A DNA stretch of 63,199 bases, filler included, from Sphacelaria rigidula (lineage: Eukaryota): the NCBI GenBank assembly GCA_964200075.2. It is 6 parts of 6 records of this genome, joined end to end, with 100 filler letters (N's around TTAATTAATTAA, not from the genome) between each part and the next. Parts side by side here need not be neighbours in the genome. Positions count along the whole stretch, not along the records: positions 10,552 to 21,002 come from CAXNAA020006468.1; positions 21,103 to 31,552 come from CAXNAA020006469.1; 4 more parts are not named here. One strand, written 5' to 3'. The notes below the pieces were generated by a model. It saw nothing but the letters and a program-made list of their open reading frames with translations. It made no database searches and was not told the origin of the DNA. A program made the translations under genes and the position numbers. Positions within the stretch are counted from its first letter, which is position 1, and each line of letters opens with the position of its first letter. Positions 12,134 to 23,480 of this stretch are shown piece after piece.

Positions 12134-13457
12134 CACACGTGGACAAATAGCACCGTGTAGGACGAGCTGCACAGGGTTCTCCACAGTCTTTGTGAAAACC
12201 CCTGCGCAGCATTTGCAAACCCTAGTACCTGTAGTAGCATTTTGCATAGCGTTTTCGTCGAAACCCTGCAAGCAACCCTGTGGAGAGGCCTTCCCAATTT
12301 CGAAAATTCCAAATTATTTTGGTATAAAATCTGTAATTTTGTTTTTGGAATAGTTTCTCCTGCTGTCCGAGATAAATTCTTTTTTGCCCGACAAATCAGG
12401 TAAAAAGGAATTTATCTCGGACAGCAGGAGAAGCTATTCAAAACAGGTCCTTTTTTCGCCCATTTCATTTGGGCAAAAAAAGGATATATTTCGAACAGCA
12501 GAAGAACCTATTCAAAATAGATCCTTTTTTCGCCCATTTGGATTGGGAAAAAAAAGGATCTATTTCGAACAGCTTATTCTGCTGCGCAAATCCCATGCAC
12601 ACTGGCAGAGTTGGAATTAGAACAGCAGAAGAAGCTCAAAATAAATCTTCACTTTGCCCTCCAATTTCATTCGGAAATTGGGGGGAAAAAGATTTATTGC
12701 AAGCAGTGTCAGTTGTGCATATCCTGCATACGGCACCGTTACCAGCGTTTGGGATTATATACGCAACAAAAGTTGTTGCGAGCAATTCATCCTGTACCCC
12801 CAAAGGATGAATATTTTTCAACAGCTTTCGCTGAGTAGAGATCCCACACATTGGTCACGTGTGTATGTCCACACCTGTGCTTACAGCACAATTTGGGCGT
12901 GATAGGGTGCTGGTGGAACGGTCTATACCTCGCATATCAGTCCATGTTACTTTTGAAAACCCCGTGGTGCGCAGTCTACCAAAATCACTCAACCGAGTAT
13001 GCTTTTTTTAGAGAGGTTTTTGCTTGATAGTTAATAGAAGCACAAAATATGTTCTGTGGCACAGCAAGCTAGGTAGCTCAATGTGCACTCTAACACACTC
13101 CATATCACGAAGTCGTGGATCCGAGTCCCACTGCTACAAGTTCGTGACCGTTTTTTTCTGCCAGTACCATGCCCATGCTGTAGGGAGTATATTGTATGTG
13201 CGCTGCAAAGGCTGTACAGCATGTTATCAGCGATGAATTCTGCACGAAGTGACGAAACCCTGTGAAGCGCCCTGTGTGGCACAAAGGAATACCCTACAGT
13301 CGAATCCCCGCGAGAAATCCTGCGCAGTTTTCCTGAACCCTGTGAAGCGTCCCGTGGGGCGCAAAAACAAACTACAGCCAGATCCCCGCGAGAAACACTG
13401 CACAGTTTCCCTGAACCCTGTAGACGTGCCCCACAGGGTGCTATTTGTCCACGTTTG
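12134..13457. mobile_element. Non-autonomous CACTA/EnSpm(CMC)-like DNA transposon inserted in the Gypsy RT
   Basis: TIRs CACACGTGGACAAATAGCACCGTG / revcomp CAAACGTGGACAAATAGCACCCTG; 2-bp TG duplication; removal restores RT IHPDT-VPLT; subterminal ~80-bp tandem repeats at 13258-13425. Confidence 0.82.
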
Positions 13458-15258
13458 TGTATCGGGGTGAATTGCATTTTGGAAAAATCCAGATGCCAGA
13501 TCGAAAGTGCTGAATATTTTCCCTTCGCCGAGAGAGTCGAAGACTTCGTCGATGCGAGGTATGGGGAGTTTCCTCACGACAGTGACGCGGTTCAGCCGTT
13601 TGTAGTTCACGGTGATGCGGATGGTGCCATCTTTTTTGGGAACGACCACGAGGGGTGAGGCCCATGGCGAAGACGAGTGTTGAATCAGACCAGCTCCTAA
13701 GTATGCATCTAAAATAGCATCGACTTTTTTTTGTGAGGAGGGGGTTCGTTCGATACGATCGAGATGGGATCGGCGAAACGCCAGGTTGCAGGGTTATCTC
13801 GAATGGCAATGTTTAACAATGCCCGAGATCCGTCTTGGATCGGGAAAACCTGTCCTGGTATTCCAGGAGAACATCTTGTAGCTCTTGGATGACGGCAGGC
13901 TCCCAGCCCCGACCATGTAGGTCAAAATGGATATCACGCAAATGAGGTGGAAGTTGATGCCAGATTTGCAAGAAATGTTCCCTAGACTCGACCGATAAGC
14001 GTTGAAGCACTTCATCAGGAGGTTCAGCAGGGGGTCTGTCGGGTTCCACCGCAGAAATCTGAGTCGGGGATGAGCCGGAGAGAGTGAAGTATGGCTCATC
14101 GACGCAGCGGACAAAACCATCAGCCGGCGGCGTGAGATCAGGCGCCGGAGGGTCGGCTACACAGTCCAGAGGAATGTGCATAAGAGGAGCCGCGGCGATG
14201 CCCAAGACATCGCCAGGTTCCAAGTTAGCATGGCCTGTGAGAGGCAGGAGTTGTTCGCCGTCCGAGACAAAATGCTCAGTGCCAGCGGGCGCACCGACTT
14301 TAGGCAGTGATTCCGCAAGGTGGTGGCCGGTGAGGGCAGGCATACCGTTGCGGTAGACAAGCAAAACTTCCAAGAGTTGAGGCTCGTCGGAAAGGGTGAC
14401 GCCAGAACTGCCATTATACCGAAGATGGTAAACCGCTCCAGTAGCGTGCTCATTCTTTTTGTAGGCTAAGGCACCATTGAGGGTACCAAAGTATTCTAGT
14501 TGGAGTTCTCCACAAGGCGCCGACTGAGGCGAAAATGGTTGGAGGGTGCGGTACGTACGTTGGTCCAACCGCATGTAGCTGTCTCTGCCACGAAGGAGAG
14601 CATGATGCATTGTGCTATCAGGGACGATGTAAGCCCCGACTGCGAGGCTAGCCGAACGTGTGTCATTGTGAAAAAATTGTACACTAAGACGAACAGATTT
14701 ACGTGGCGTCAAGGCTGTTTTGGAGTCGCCGAAACCGCCCCAAACGCGAGGATGGGTGATGATTTCGCAGACATCGGAAGCAGCGCTCGTCTGCTTCATA
14801 TGATTCCACATGGATTCGTTTATGAATGTCTGTGGACTACCGCTGTCTAACAACGAGACGCACTTGGCGCGCGCGGTGGCGTAAGGGCCGCAGTGTAATG
14901 CTACGCGGGTAGTGAAGGTGGCAGGATCAACGGACACCTTGCCACCAACAAGATCAGGGCCATGTTCAGATAACGTGAATTGGTCAGGATCAATTGGACT
15001 GACCGTGAAAACGGATGGCGGGTGATCCGCGGGGGGTTCGAAGGTATCGGTAGACAGCGCGGGGGTCTGATCTGATCGTGAAGGGTAGCGTGAATCAAGA
15101 TTTTGATCAATCTCGTAAATGACTGGCTCGGAAGTACAAGGGTCAGCTAATAGAGATCGCTGCGAAGTGCGACAAGGGTCATCGGTGGAGGATGCGGTAC
15201 CGTCTGAAAGGTCCGATTTGGATTCCTCTTGGATGCCTGGCAATGTAATCGAGCACAA
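13458..15258 (-). pseudogene. pol: Gypsy pol: aspartic protease, PR-RT domain and RT N-terminal half
   Basis: ORF 13813..15258 has CVSLLDSGSPQTFI and ALLRGRD; then PFEITLQPGVSPIPSRSYRTNP and VVPKKDGTIRITVNYKRLN..PIPRIDEVFDSLGEGKIFSTFDLASGFFQ via frameshifts. Confidence 0.9.
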
Positions 15259-15959
15259 AGTCGCCGCTTTTTGGGGAGGATGAGGTCGGAATTTTCCTCT
15301 GACGGGAGGGGGGCGTCAATGCTCGCGCTTCCTTGGGGGCATGACGACGAGGCTTTCTCTCGTGCCATGACAAATGACTGGGAACTTCCAAGACTTCTTG
15401 GGAAACTGCAACTGCGTCCAGTTGAGGTGATGTTGTCAACATTCGGGCATGCTCGGCCGAAACTTGTGGACTGTCCGCTGGCAAGCTCGGTACAAAGGGT
15501 ACTGCTAAATGTGAAAGGGGACGAGTGTTGTCCGCTGTATGTCGGGGTAGTTTCGCAGCAGAAGAGTGGCGCGAAAAACGACTACGATCAGACCGGGTGG
15601 GAGTCGAAGGGTTTGAAGCGGTCAGTTTCGAACCATCGACACCAGAACCAGGTGAAGGAAGTCTGCTACAACCGGTGCGTGCGGCCGTTGAGGAAAGCCT
15701 GTGCCTCAAGAGTCCGCGGTCGGTCTTCCCACACCTCAAATTTAGCTGGGTTGTGAGTCAACACAACGGTTACGCTGCGTAGATGAAGATAAAGACGGGG
15801 GTCGAGAAGAGCGGCCGTCATGAGATCTCCTGAATAGTGATGGGTGAAAACGTTTTGTCACCCGAGCGGTGGTGTGTGTTGGATGAGTCTTCGATTCTGC
15901 TATCGGCGGCGCCGAAGACTTCACGCCGTCGTCGGCGTGTCATGGGTCGTTGCGATCCG

Positions 15960-18900
15960 TCATGAAAGATCCAGTGTTTCTGGCATTGGGATTTGAGTTG
16001 TTGTTAGTCGGCCCTGTTTGCTGGTGATGACCATGCGAAGACTGAGAAGGGCGGAAAGAACTATCTCTGTTTCGAGTTCCTGAGACGGTGTTGGTGGTGT
16101 GGCGGCGGTCGTGACTTGAGCGAGAGTCGCTATGATTGTGTAAAGGTTGGCGATGGTGGCGAGAAGGTGGACAATACTCGCGTATGCGTTTTTGTCATCG
16201 GCGCCACGCCTGCCTGTTGCTCTGAAGTTCAGGGTCCATGAGCGAAAACGTATTGATGCAAGGTTCAGGGCAATCACGCATACTGTGGCTAGTACCATTG
16301 CAATTAATGCATGTGTTAGCATGGCGACGAAAAGCATCCCTGCGAGTCGAAGGCGAAAGCAAGGGGGTCCACAAATGTGGGTCGTCGGTGATGAAAGCAG
16401 TCGTGGAAACGACATGAACGTCATCAAAAGTGTCTGCCGAAAAAGGCCAAGAATCGAAGCTTGCACGGAACGGGTCTCTTTTGCTACGAACAGACATAAT
16501 CGATCCACCGACAGAGTTTGGTGTCCAAGTATTACTGGACAAAGTCTGAGTGCGTCCACGAGGCCCGGAGGTACTCGTTGATGCGGCACGCAAGGTCTGC
16601 GAAGACCCAGACGAATGGCAGGCGTCAAAGTATGTTCCTGATCTACAAACGCATCCCACATCGCGTCTACGGAGGCGTTAGGCACCTCTTTGTGCGTCAA
16701 AGCGCCCGGAAACAAAGACGGCATCAGCGTCGGAAATTGCTGAGCGATACTATTGCGAACGTATGTTTGACACATAGCATCACTAGGGCCATTCTGTCGC
16801 CCGGTACCAGTCACACTCGACACCAAAAGCTTGAATTCGCGGAGGTAGTCAGCAAAGGGCACGTCTGCTGCCACGGCGAAGGAACTGAGACGCTTGATGG
16901 CGCCTGCCTGATCAGTCTTATCAAAATAGCTTATGAAACGCCTTTCCAAATTGCTGAATAATAACGGCGCTGGTTGTCCGCTGGCACAATCTTGATTCAT
17001 GGCGGCGAAGGAGTCGAGAATCTGAGTCAAAGAGGCAACGACGTCAGGGGAGCGACGGCGGATTGAGCGGTGCAAAGCCTCATGCAGCGGTGTTTGCCAC
17101 CCATCAACCCAGTCAGAGTCTTCGAAACGTTGTCGACCAGTTGCATCGGCCAATTCAAGGATGATGCGCATCGTTCGAGTCATTGAGGAAATGAGAGCTG
17201 ACGTAGACTGACCAGAGTCTTCATTGTCTGCAGCAGGCATGATTTTGATATGCCAGAGTTTCTTTACATCCATTCGTAAGTACTCTCGCCTTATGACAGC
17301 GACACGAGAAGCTTTTCTACGAGTATCGGAAGCCATTTTATCCGCGGCAGCTTGGTGTTTGGCTGCGGCGGCGGCAGCTAGTGAACGAGCCGAGTTGGAA
17401 GACAATGGGCGAGCCGAGTTGTCACTATCACTATCCGTGAGACCTAAAAGGCAAGCAGACGCAGCTGCTAAAGGAGGCGTTACTTGCCCGACGGCCGGTG
17501 AGGGCCGCATGGATCGCATCGAAGCGTACTGCCGGGGTCTGGTCGTAGACGAGCCGGATGACTGGTGGCCAGAACGTTTATGGGTGCCCCGGGTCGACCA
17601 TCGAGCCCTGATGTTGGTGCGGTGGGTTCCCTGTCCACGGCGTGGTGCGGCCCCGGTAGAGTCGTCGTCAGAGTCGTCATCACCACGATGGTGGCGAGAG
17701 GGGTGCGACGTGATCCAAGCCCCATCATCGTCGGGCGGCAGTGTGTTGCGAGCTGTCCGCATGGCGGCAAAGAGGGCGGCGACGGCGGTCTCAAAAGCAA
17801 GACGACCGTCCCCGGCATCAATGGTCAAGTAGAGCACGATTCGTTCGACGGTAAGAGCGCCTGGGTCGTTTCGCGGCAGCTGTCCACCTTGTTGAAGGAA
17901 GGGGAAGATCACACTATAAACTGGCAGAGTGAGCGAGCGCCAAGCCTGCTCAGAGGCGCGACGAACGTTGTTGCGGTTTTATTTCCCAGAAAGTTGGCTT
18001 AGCGTCCAACCAAGCCAACCACGTTCGCTGCCCTGAAGGCGCAGCCCGGGTGTGACGGCAGGGGGCGCTGAAGCCCGAGGGACCTGCAGTGGTGCAGGCG
18101 GGGTGAGCGTAGGCGAAGCCGCAGAAGCCGCGGCAGCAGCGTGTAAGCGCGCGGGCTGGCGGGCTGCCGTAGAGCTGGAAATGGCGGCAGCGGGTGCGGG
18201 CTCCTTCGGCGTTGTCCTGAGAAGCGGCAGGTGTTGCTCCTGTTCAAGGGAACGTAAGGCCGTCGCTACAGTCTCTGTTTCGGTCGCGCATTGACGCAAG
18301 CGATGCTCGTCGCGTCGAATGGGGTTGCGCATTTCGTCAAATGGGGTCGCGCATTTCGTCGAACGCAGCAAGGCGTTCGGAGAGAGTGCGTTGGGCCGCC
18401 CGCTGGCGGCTGGTTGCCGAATCGACGGCCCGACGTTGGCGCGTCAATCTCGTCGTGAGGTCGTCCTGGGGAAGGCGATGGCCAGCGTCATCCGCCGTTT
18501 GGCGGGGTGAGGGTGGCAGAGGGCGCGTGGTCGGGTGCAGGGTGCGGTATTCCACGAGAATCTGCTCCTGATCGAAGCGGGGCCCATGCAACCAGAGTCG
18601 GGGAAGAAGGCCTGGCAGGCAATGCTCGACGCCCAACAGGGGGCGGTCGTCCGTGAAAGCATCTGGTGCAGGCGCCGGAGCGGGATTCGTGGCAGGAGTA
18701 CCCTGCGGCGAAGGGTCCGATTCCGCCGGAGCGACCGTGACAGGGGTGTTCTCCTGATCCGTCGTGGCGGGAGCCGCAGTTGTCGCCGCGCGGGAGGCGA
18801 AAGGTGTGACACGAGTGCTCTCTGCATCCGTATCAATGTCTGCAGCCGCAGTAGGTGTAGGGGCTGCGATGGGCGCGGTAGTCGAAGGTGCCGGGGCGTC

Positions 18901-20193
18901 AGCCATGATGGAAGTAGATCGCAGGTATCGACGGAGATCTGCGATTTGTTGTTCCACCGCACGCACAGTGGCAGCATCAGGGTAGGGCGGAAGGGCACGG
19001 TTGGTGCTGTGCCGGTCTCGCAAAGATGCCGGAATGTCAATGAACGCGTCATCGATGGGCAATCGTGAATTTTCATGGGGCCGATCGACAGATTTAGGGC
19101 GAGAGGATTCCGTGGTCGATGACAATCCCGATAGCAATGCACGTACATCATGAACATAGGTGGTATGGTCACCACGGGGGACAGTGGCATCACCATCCAT
19201 ATCCAAATCAAAGGGAACGTCTGAGGTTGATCGTTCGTCAGCATGGGCTGTAGCTGCTGGTACAGAATCGTGATGATTCGCATTACTGTCAAAGTGAACA
19301 TGATCTGCTGAGGACGTTGAATGTTGAACGGCTGAGTGAAACGCGGCCGCAAGCGCTTGTGAAAGGGCAGTTGTTGCCGGACCGTCAGAAACGACAGCCG
19401 GTGATGAACGAAGCAAGTGCTCAAGAGCCGTCACTAGAGGGAAGGGCCCTTTGGAAGGTTGTTCGAAGCGGCCAAGACACGAGGAGGATGTTCGGCGCGA
19501 GGGCTGGTGAACATAAGTGCCCTCACGATACAGGTCGTGTCGGCGCGGGCGCTGTAAGGCGTCGGAACCCTCGTCACCGCGAGCGTGGGGTGAGTCAATA
19601 ACCGCGGTAGATGCCAGAAGCGGTTTGCGTTTCACAACAGTGGCAACGCGTGGCGACTCGTCAGACATGTGGGAACCCCGAGACGGAGCACGTTGCACAA
19701 CAGAGCGAGCGCGTAGCGACTTGTCGATCTTGTAGGAACTCCGAGACGGTGGGCATTTCACAACAGAGCGAGCGCGCAGCGACTGGCCGATAGTGTCGAG
19801 AGTCTTGGGCAGTGAACGATCCGCGACAGAGCGAGCGCGCAGCGACTCGTCGATAATGTCGGGAGTCTTGAACGGTGTACGTTTCGCAACAGAGCGAGCG
19901 CGGAGCGACTCGTCGATCGTGTTGGAAGTCTTGGACAAATGGCGGTCGTGGTCACCAGTAGCGGCCAAGTCTTGAGAGGTGTAGTCGCCAGAGTTGAGGG
20001 ACGAAGCTCTGTCAGACTTCACTTCTTCGTGTACAGGGGAAGTAAGAGTGAAGGGTTTTGAAGGAATTGATGAAAGCAAACGCTGACGGCGTGAAGGTTT
20101 GTAAGTAGGCGGGGCCGAGGAGAGAATTATTTCCTGCGGTTGCGCCAAGTTAAACTGAAGAGGTAGAAATGGACGCCAGCCACCAGAGCACAA
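15960..20193 (-). pseudogene. gag: Very long Gag-like ORF (interrupted) with capsid-like core and CCHC knuckle
   Basis: ORFs 18337..20193, 17979..18371, 15960..17912 and 16195..16659 join via a 22-bp duplication, one TAA and one frameshift. Knuckle CINCNGTSHSMRDC; core (WVDGW, FADYLREFKLLVS) homologous to 28911..30755. Confidence 0.8.
19590..19925 (-). repeat. 63-bp (21-aa) coding tandem repeat, ~5.5 units
   Basis: IDESLRARSVAKRTPFKTPDI / IDESLRARSVADRSLPKTLDT / IGQSLRARSVVKCPPSRSSYK / IDKSLRARSVVQRAPSRGSHM / SDESPRVATVVKRKPLLASTA. Confidence 0.9.
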
Positions 20194-21002
20194 GAGTTCT
20201 GGTATAATACATACCCTGCATTCTATTGTCCAGGGTATGGTATAATAAAAGCAGGTAATGTAGACTCGGCAGGAGATTGTAAGTACCGAAACAAATTAAG
20301 CAGTAAAGACTACATAATTTTATAAACGGAGTTACACCAAACTAGAGTAGACTGCTGTAACAATAACAATCAGCGTAATCTCGGCAATTCCGAGTACCGA
20401 AAAGGCAGACAGCAGAGTAAAAAGGTGGAAATTATTAAACGCCGAAAAGGGAGGAACTGCGGCGGAAATAAGATATCTGTAGAGGTGACTGTGTGGGGGG
20501 GGAGTAGGGGGGGCGAACTGAAGGTTATCACAGGTGTAAATAATCGCAAAGGAACAAACTTACAGATGAACCCAACAACAGTTGTCGCACGGGAGGTTTG
20601 GTGCAAGAGCAAAACCTAACAATGAGGCGGCTGTGAAGGAAGACAGACACCCCGGCAGATGTCCGGCGGGCGCACTGGGCACGTCAAATATGACAGGAAT
20701 ACTTAATGGCCAGGCACACGCTGGACAAGGGTAATTCAGTGGTGCAAGCAGAACACTGCACACAGGAGGTGCAGAAGAACACAACCAAAGAGCACGAAGG
20801 TAGACACCAATACTAGTGTAGGACACGTTGCCAAAAGGGAGGCGATGTGCAAATATCTGTGATGTGGAGGTCGTGAGTCCTCTCAGAACCATGTTAGGAC
20901 CGAGATCGTTTTGTTTGAGCGTGAACCGAGAAGTGTGTACTATATTGTCGATAGCATTTGATCGATTCTGGTTTTCATGCGAGGGGGTCAAATTTGGTGC
21001 CC

Positions 21003-21102
21003 NNNNNNNNNNNNNNNNNNNNNNNNNNNNNNNNNNNNNNNNNNNNTTAATTAATTAANNNNNNNNNNNNNNNNNNNNNNNNNNNNNNNNNNNNNNNNNN
21101 NN
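21003..21102. other. Artificial contig linker
   Basis: N44-TTAATTAATTAA-N44. Confidence 0.97.
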
Positions 21103-21557
21103 AAAGAAAAAAAAAAAAAACAAAAAACAAGGAAAACAGGTGACCATGCAAGGTAGGAAGAAGGAGAAACAGGAAAAAAAAAAAAAAAAAAAGCTAAGAA
21201 AAACAAGGAAAAGAGAACACAAAAGCTGCATACAGGAACAGGCATATACGCGGCAACGGTTCACTACAGAACACAGACATACGCGGCTACTGGGTACCGC
21301 CGAGGGAAACGTGGGCAACCGGTCTACACAGCGGAAACGAGACCACGAGAGGACAAGGGGAAGCAGGGGGGAGTTCTAAAAAAACACGACGAGACCAGGG
21401 GGACCACGATTGGCGGTCAGGAAAAACACAGACAACCGATTCACGACGTTACCTGAGAAAACGACACCAACTACAAGACAAGGAAAAACAAGAAAAAAAC
21501 AGGGGGGGTTTCAAAGAACACGAATAAAATCGGAAGGAACGCAATCCGCTATTAAGA

Positions 21558-23480
21558 TTATTCCATGTCCCACGCCGTGTCAGGGTTGCGTAAGACAGCT
21601 GTGTCGATGTTCCCTTTGTCGTGTCGTTGTAGGCACCAAGATCCTCGGTGAGCGGTCGGCATCTCGGTGTAGTAATCGTCCTGGAGATGGATCTTGAGAC
21701 GATCCGGATCATCTAGGAAGCGGATGTAGTAGGAATCGTCCGCCTCAGGATCTATTAAACGAATCTTCCCCAGCCACCACCGCGAATCCATAGCCCTGTA
21801 CAAAACATATGCACCTTTCGGCAAACGTGTCTTCGAAAAAGAGCGCAGGTATTGCGAACGCGAAATGAGACTATAGCCCAAAATGACAAATCGTGCCGAG
21901 TGTTCTCGGGCCAGTTCACGAGCTTCTGCGCCTTTTCGCATAGACCTATATCGTTTGTTCAACGGGCGGTGTTGGGCGACATCTCTGACCCAATATAAAA
22001 GTATCTCTCTTCAAAAATGACGCAAATACTCCTGCCTTTCCCACGTGACACGCATGAGACATTTCCAGTGAGTCTGATACATAACCGCAATTTTACCGCC
22101 TCGACCTCGGACTAATTGATGGCCCGAGATACGATCTACCACTACACGTTCAAGAGGACCGTCAGCGTCTTTAACCGTCATGTGATACGGTGGGGTTTTC
22201 GTCGCATACCTCGTTAGCACATACTGACTGAGACCCATAGGCAATTGCTTGGGCATATCAGTAGTGTCGTTAGGGGGCAGACACGGTTTGCACCGAAGCA
22301 TCGAGGCCCGGTTTTTGGGTTTGACGCCAGATTCATCCGTGGGGAAATCCAAATCCAAAAGCTTCTCACCTACTGGCCTATCGTCAGGTGCGGTATCACA
22401 GGGCCCAATTGCCAAAATCTTCCAAGGATCAGTCCAATTCAAGCGAAGCTTCGACTTCAACACCTTATCCGACGACGACTTAGCGGAGCTTGCACCTTGG
22501 GTTACAGTTCGCACATCGTTATACACCCATGCCCATTCACCTACTTTTCACACCGGACGGTTGTTCACTGCATCATCTAACACGCTGTTTGCCTTAGCTA
22601 CCTCTGCTGCGTTGATCAAGTTCTGCTCCCGTACCACCTCATATGCAAGACGAAGACGATTACTAACAGACATATGATACTCCACAATATCCCGATCCAA
22701 ACTCTGATGGCCACCAGGGGGTTTCCTGTCGAACACTGTCAATGGCAACCTGGGCATACGACCAATATGAACTTCATTGGGAGCCAAGCCTGTGGCAGCA
22801 TTGACGGAGTTGTTGTAGTTCATTTGGACAAGGGGTAAGTGCAGGTCCCAGTCCGTTTGTCACTGTGGCAAGCACTTGCGCCATCGTGTAATTATCTCGT
22901 TCGGTCCCACCGTTAGTGGACGGATGGTATAAATTAGTAAAAATACGATGGGCACCCAGGAGATTACTGATCGCGGCAAAAACTTTGCCGGCAAAATGTG
23001 GGCCGTTATCGGATAACAAACGTTTGGGGACACCCCACTGAGAGATGTATGTGTACACGAGGACGTTGGCAGTCCCTTCTGCACTGTAGTTGGCCCCCGA
23101 AACAGCATTCATCACAGCATGTCGACTGAACTGATCCGTAAACAACAAAATTTACTTGTTACCACTATCAGTGAGGGGCAGGGGGCCAAAGTAGTCCCAT
23201 GAAACTATTTCACCAGGCCCATTGGGGAGGGGCATAGAGATTACCGGCCATCTAATTGTTTGACGCGAAGGTTTGCGTCCTTGGCAAAGAAGACACCGCC
23301 TTACCCACCAACGCACACATTAGTTCATACAAATCCACCAAACAAAACGCTGAAGCATCTGAGAGGTCCTAGCGACGCCCAGATGTGTGGATGCTTGTGA
23401 GTGGCATTCATGGAGAACCCATGGACGCAGAAGCATCGGAACATAAATACGTACGGGGGCATTACCCAACAAACGGGCGT
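21558..23480 (-). pseudogene. pol: Integrase (HHCC, DDE core, GPY/F-like motif) with C-terminal chromodomain and Tudor-like domain
   Basis: HECHSQASTHLG..RCLLCQGRK; LFTDQFSR..WGVPKRLLSDNGPHF..YHPSTNGGTER; YNNSVNAATGLAPNE; KLRLNWTDPWKI; VVDRISGHQ..MYQTHWKCLMRVTWERQEYL; GAYVLYRAMDSRWWLGKI..SYYIRFLDD. Confidence 0.88.

Larger units (their letters stand above)
10552..20400 (-). mobile_element. Decayed Ty3/Gypsy LTR retrotransposon (gag-PR-RT-RNaseH; truncated by contig end before integrase)
   Basis: Order on minus strand: long Gag with CCHC knuckle, aspartic protease LLDSGS, RT (VVPKKDGTIRITVNYKRLN, FDLASGFFQ, MPQG, YLDD), RNase H (TDAS, ELE, YTDH, NADLLSR). Stops and frameshifts present; LTRs not visible. 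Confidence 0.93.

Noticed and set aside
12420-12640. Palindromic repeats resembling a CRISPR array
   Set aside because: Units are degenerate tandem repeats without unique spacers, lie inside a TIR element in eukaryotic DNA, and no cas genes are present.
20200-21557. LTRs, PBS or PPT for the two large Gypsy elements
   Set aside because: No repeated TG..CA block or convincing PBS/PPT is visible within either contig.
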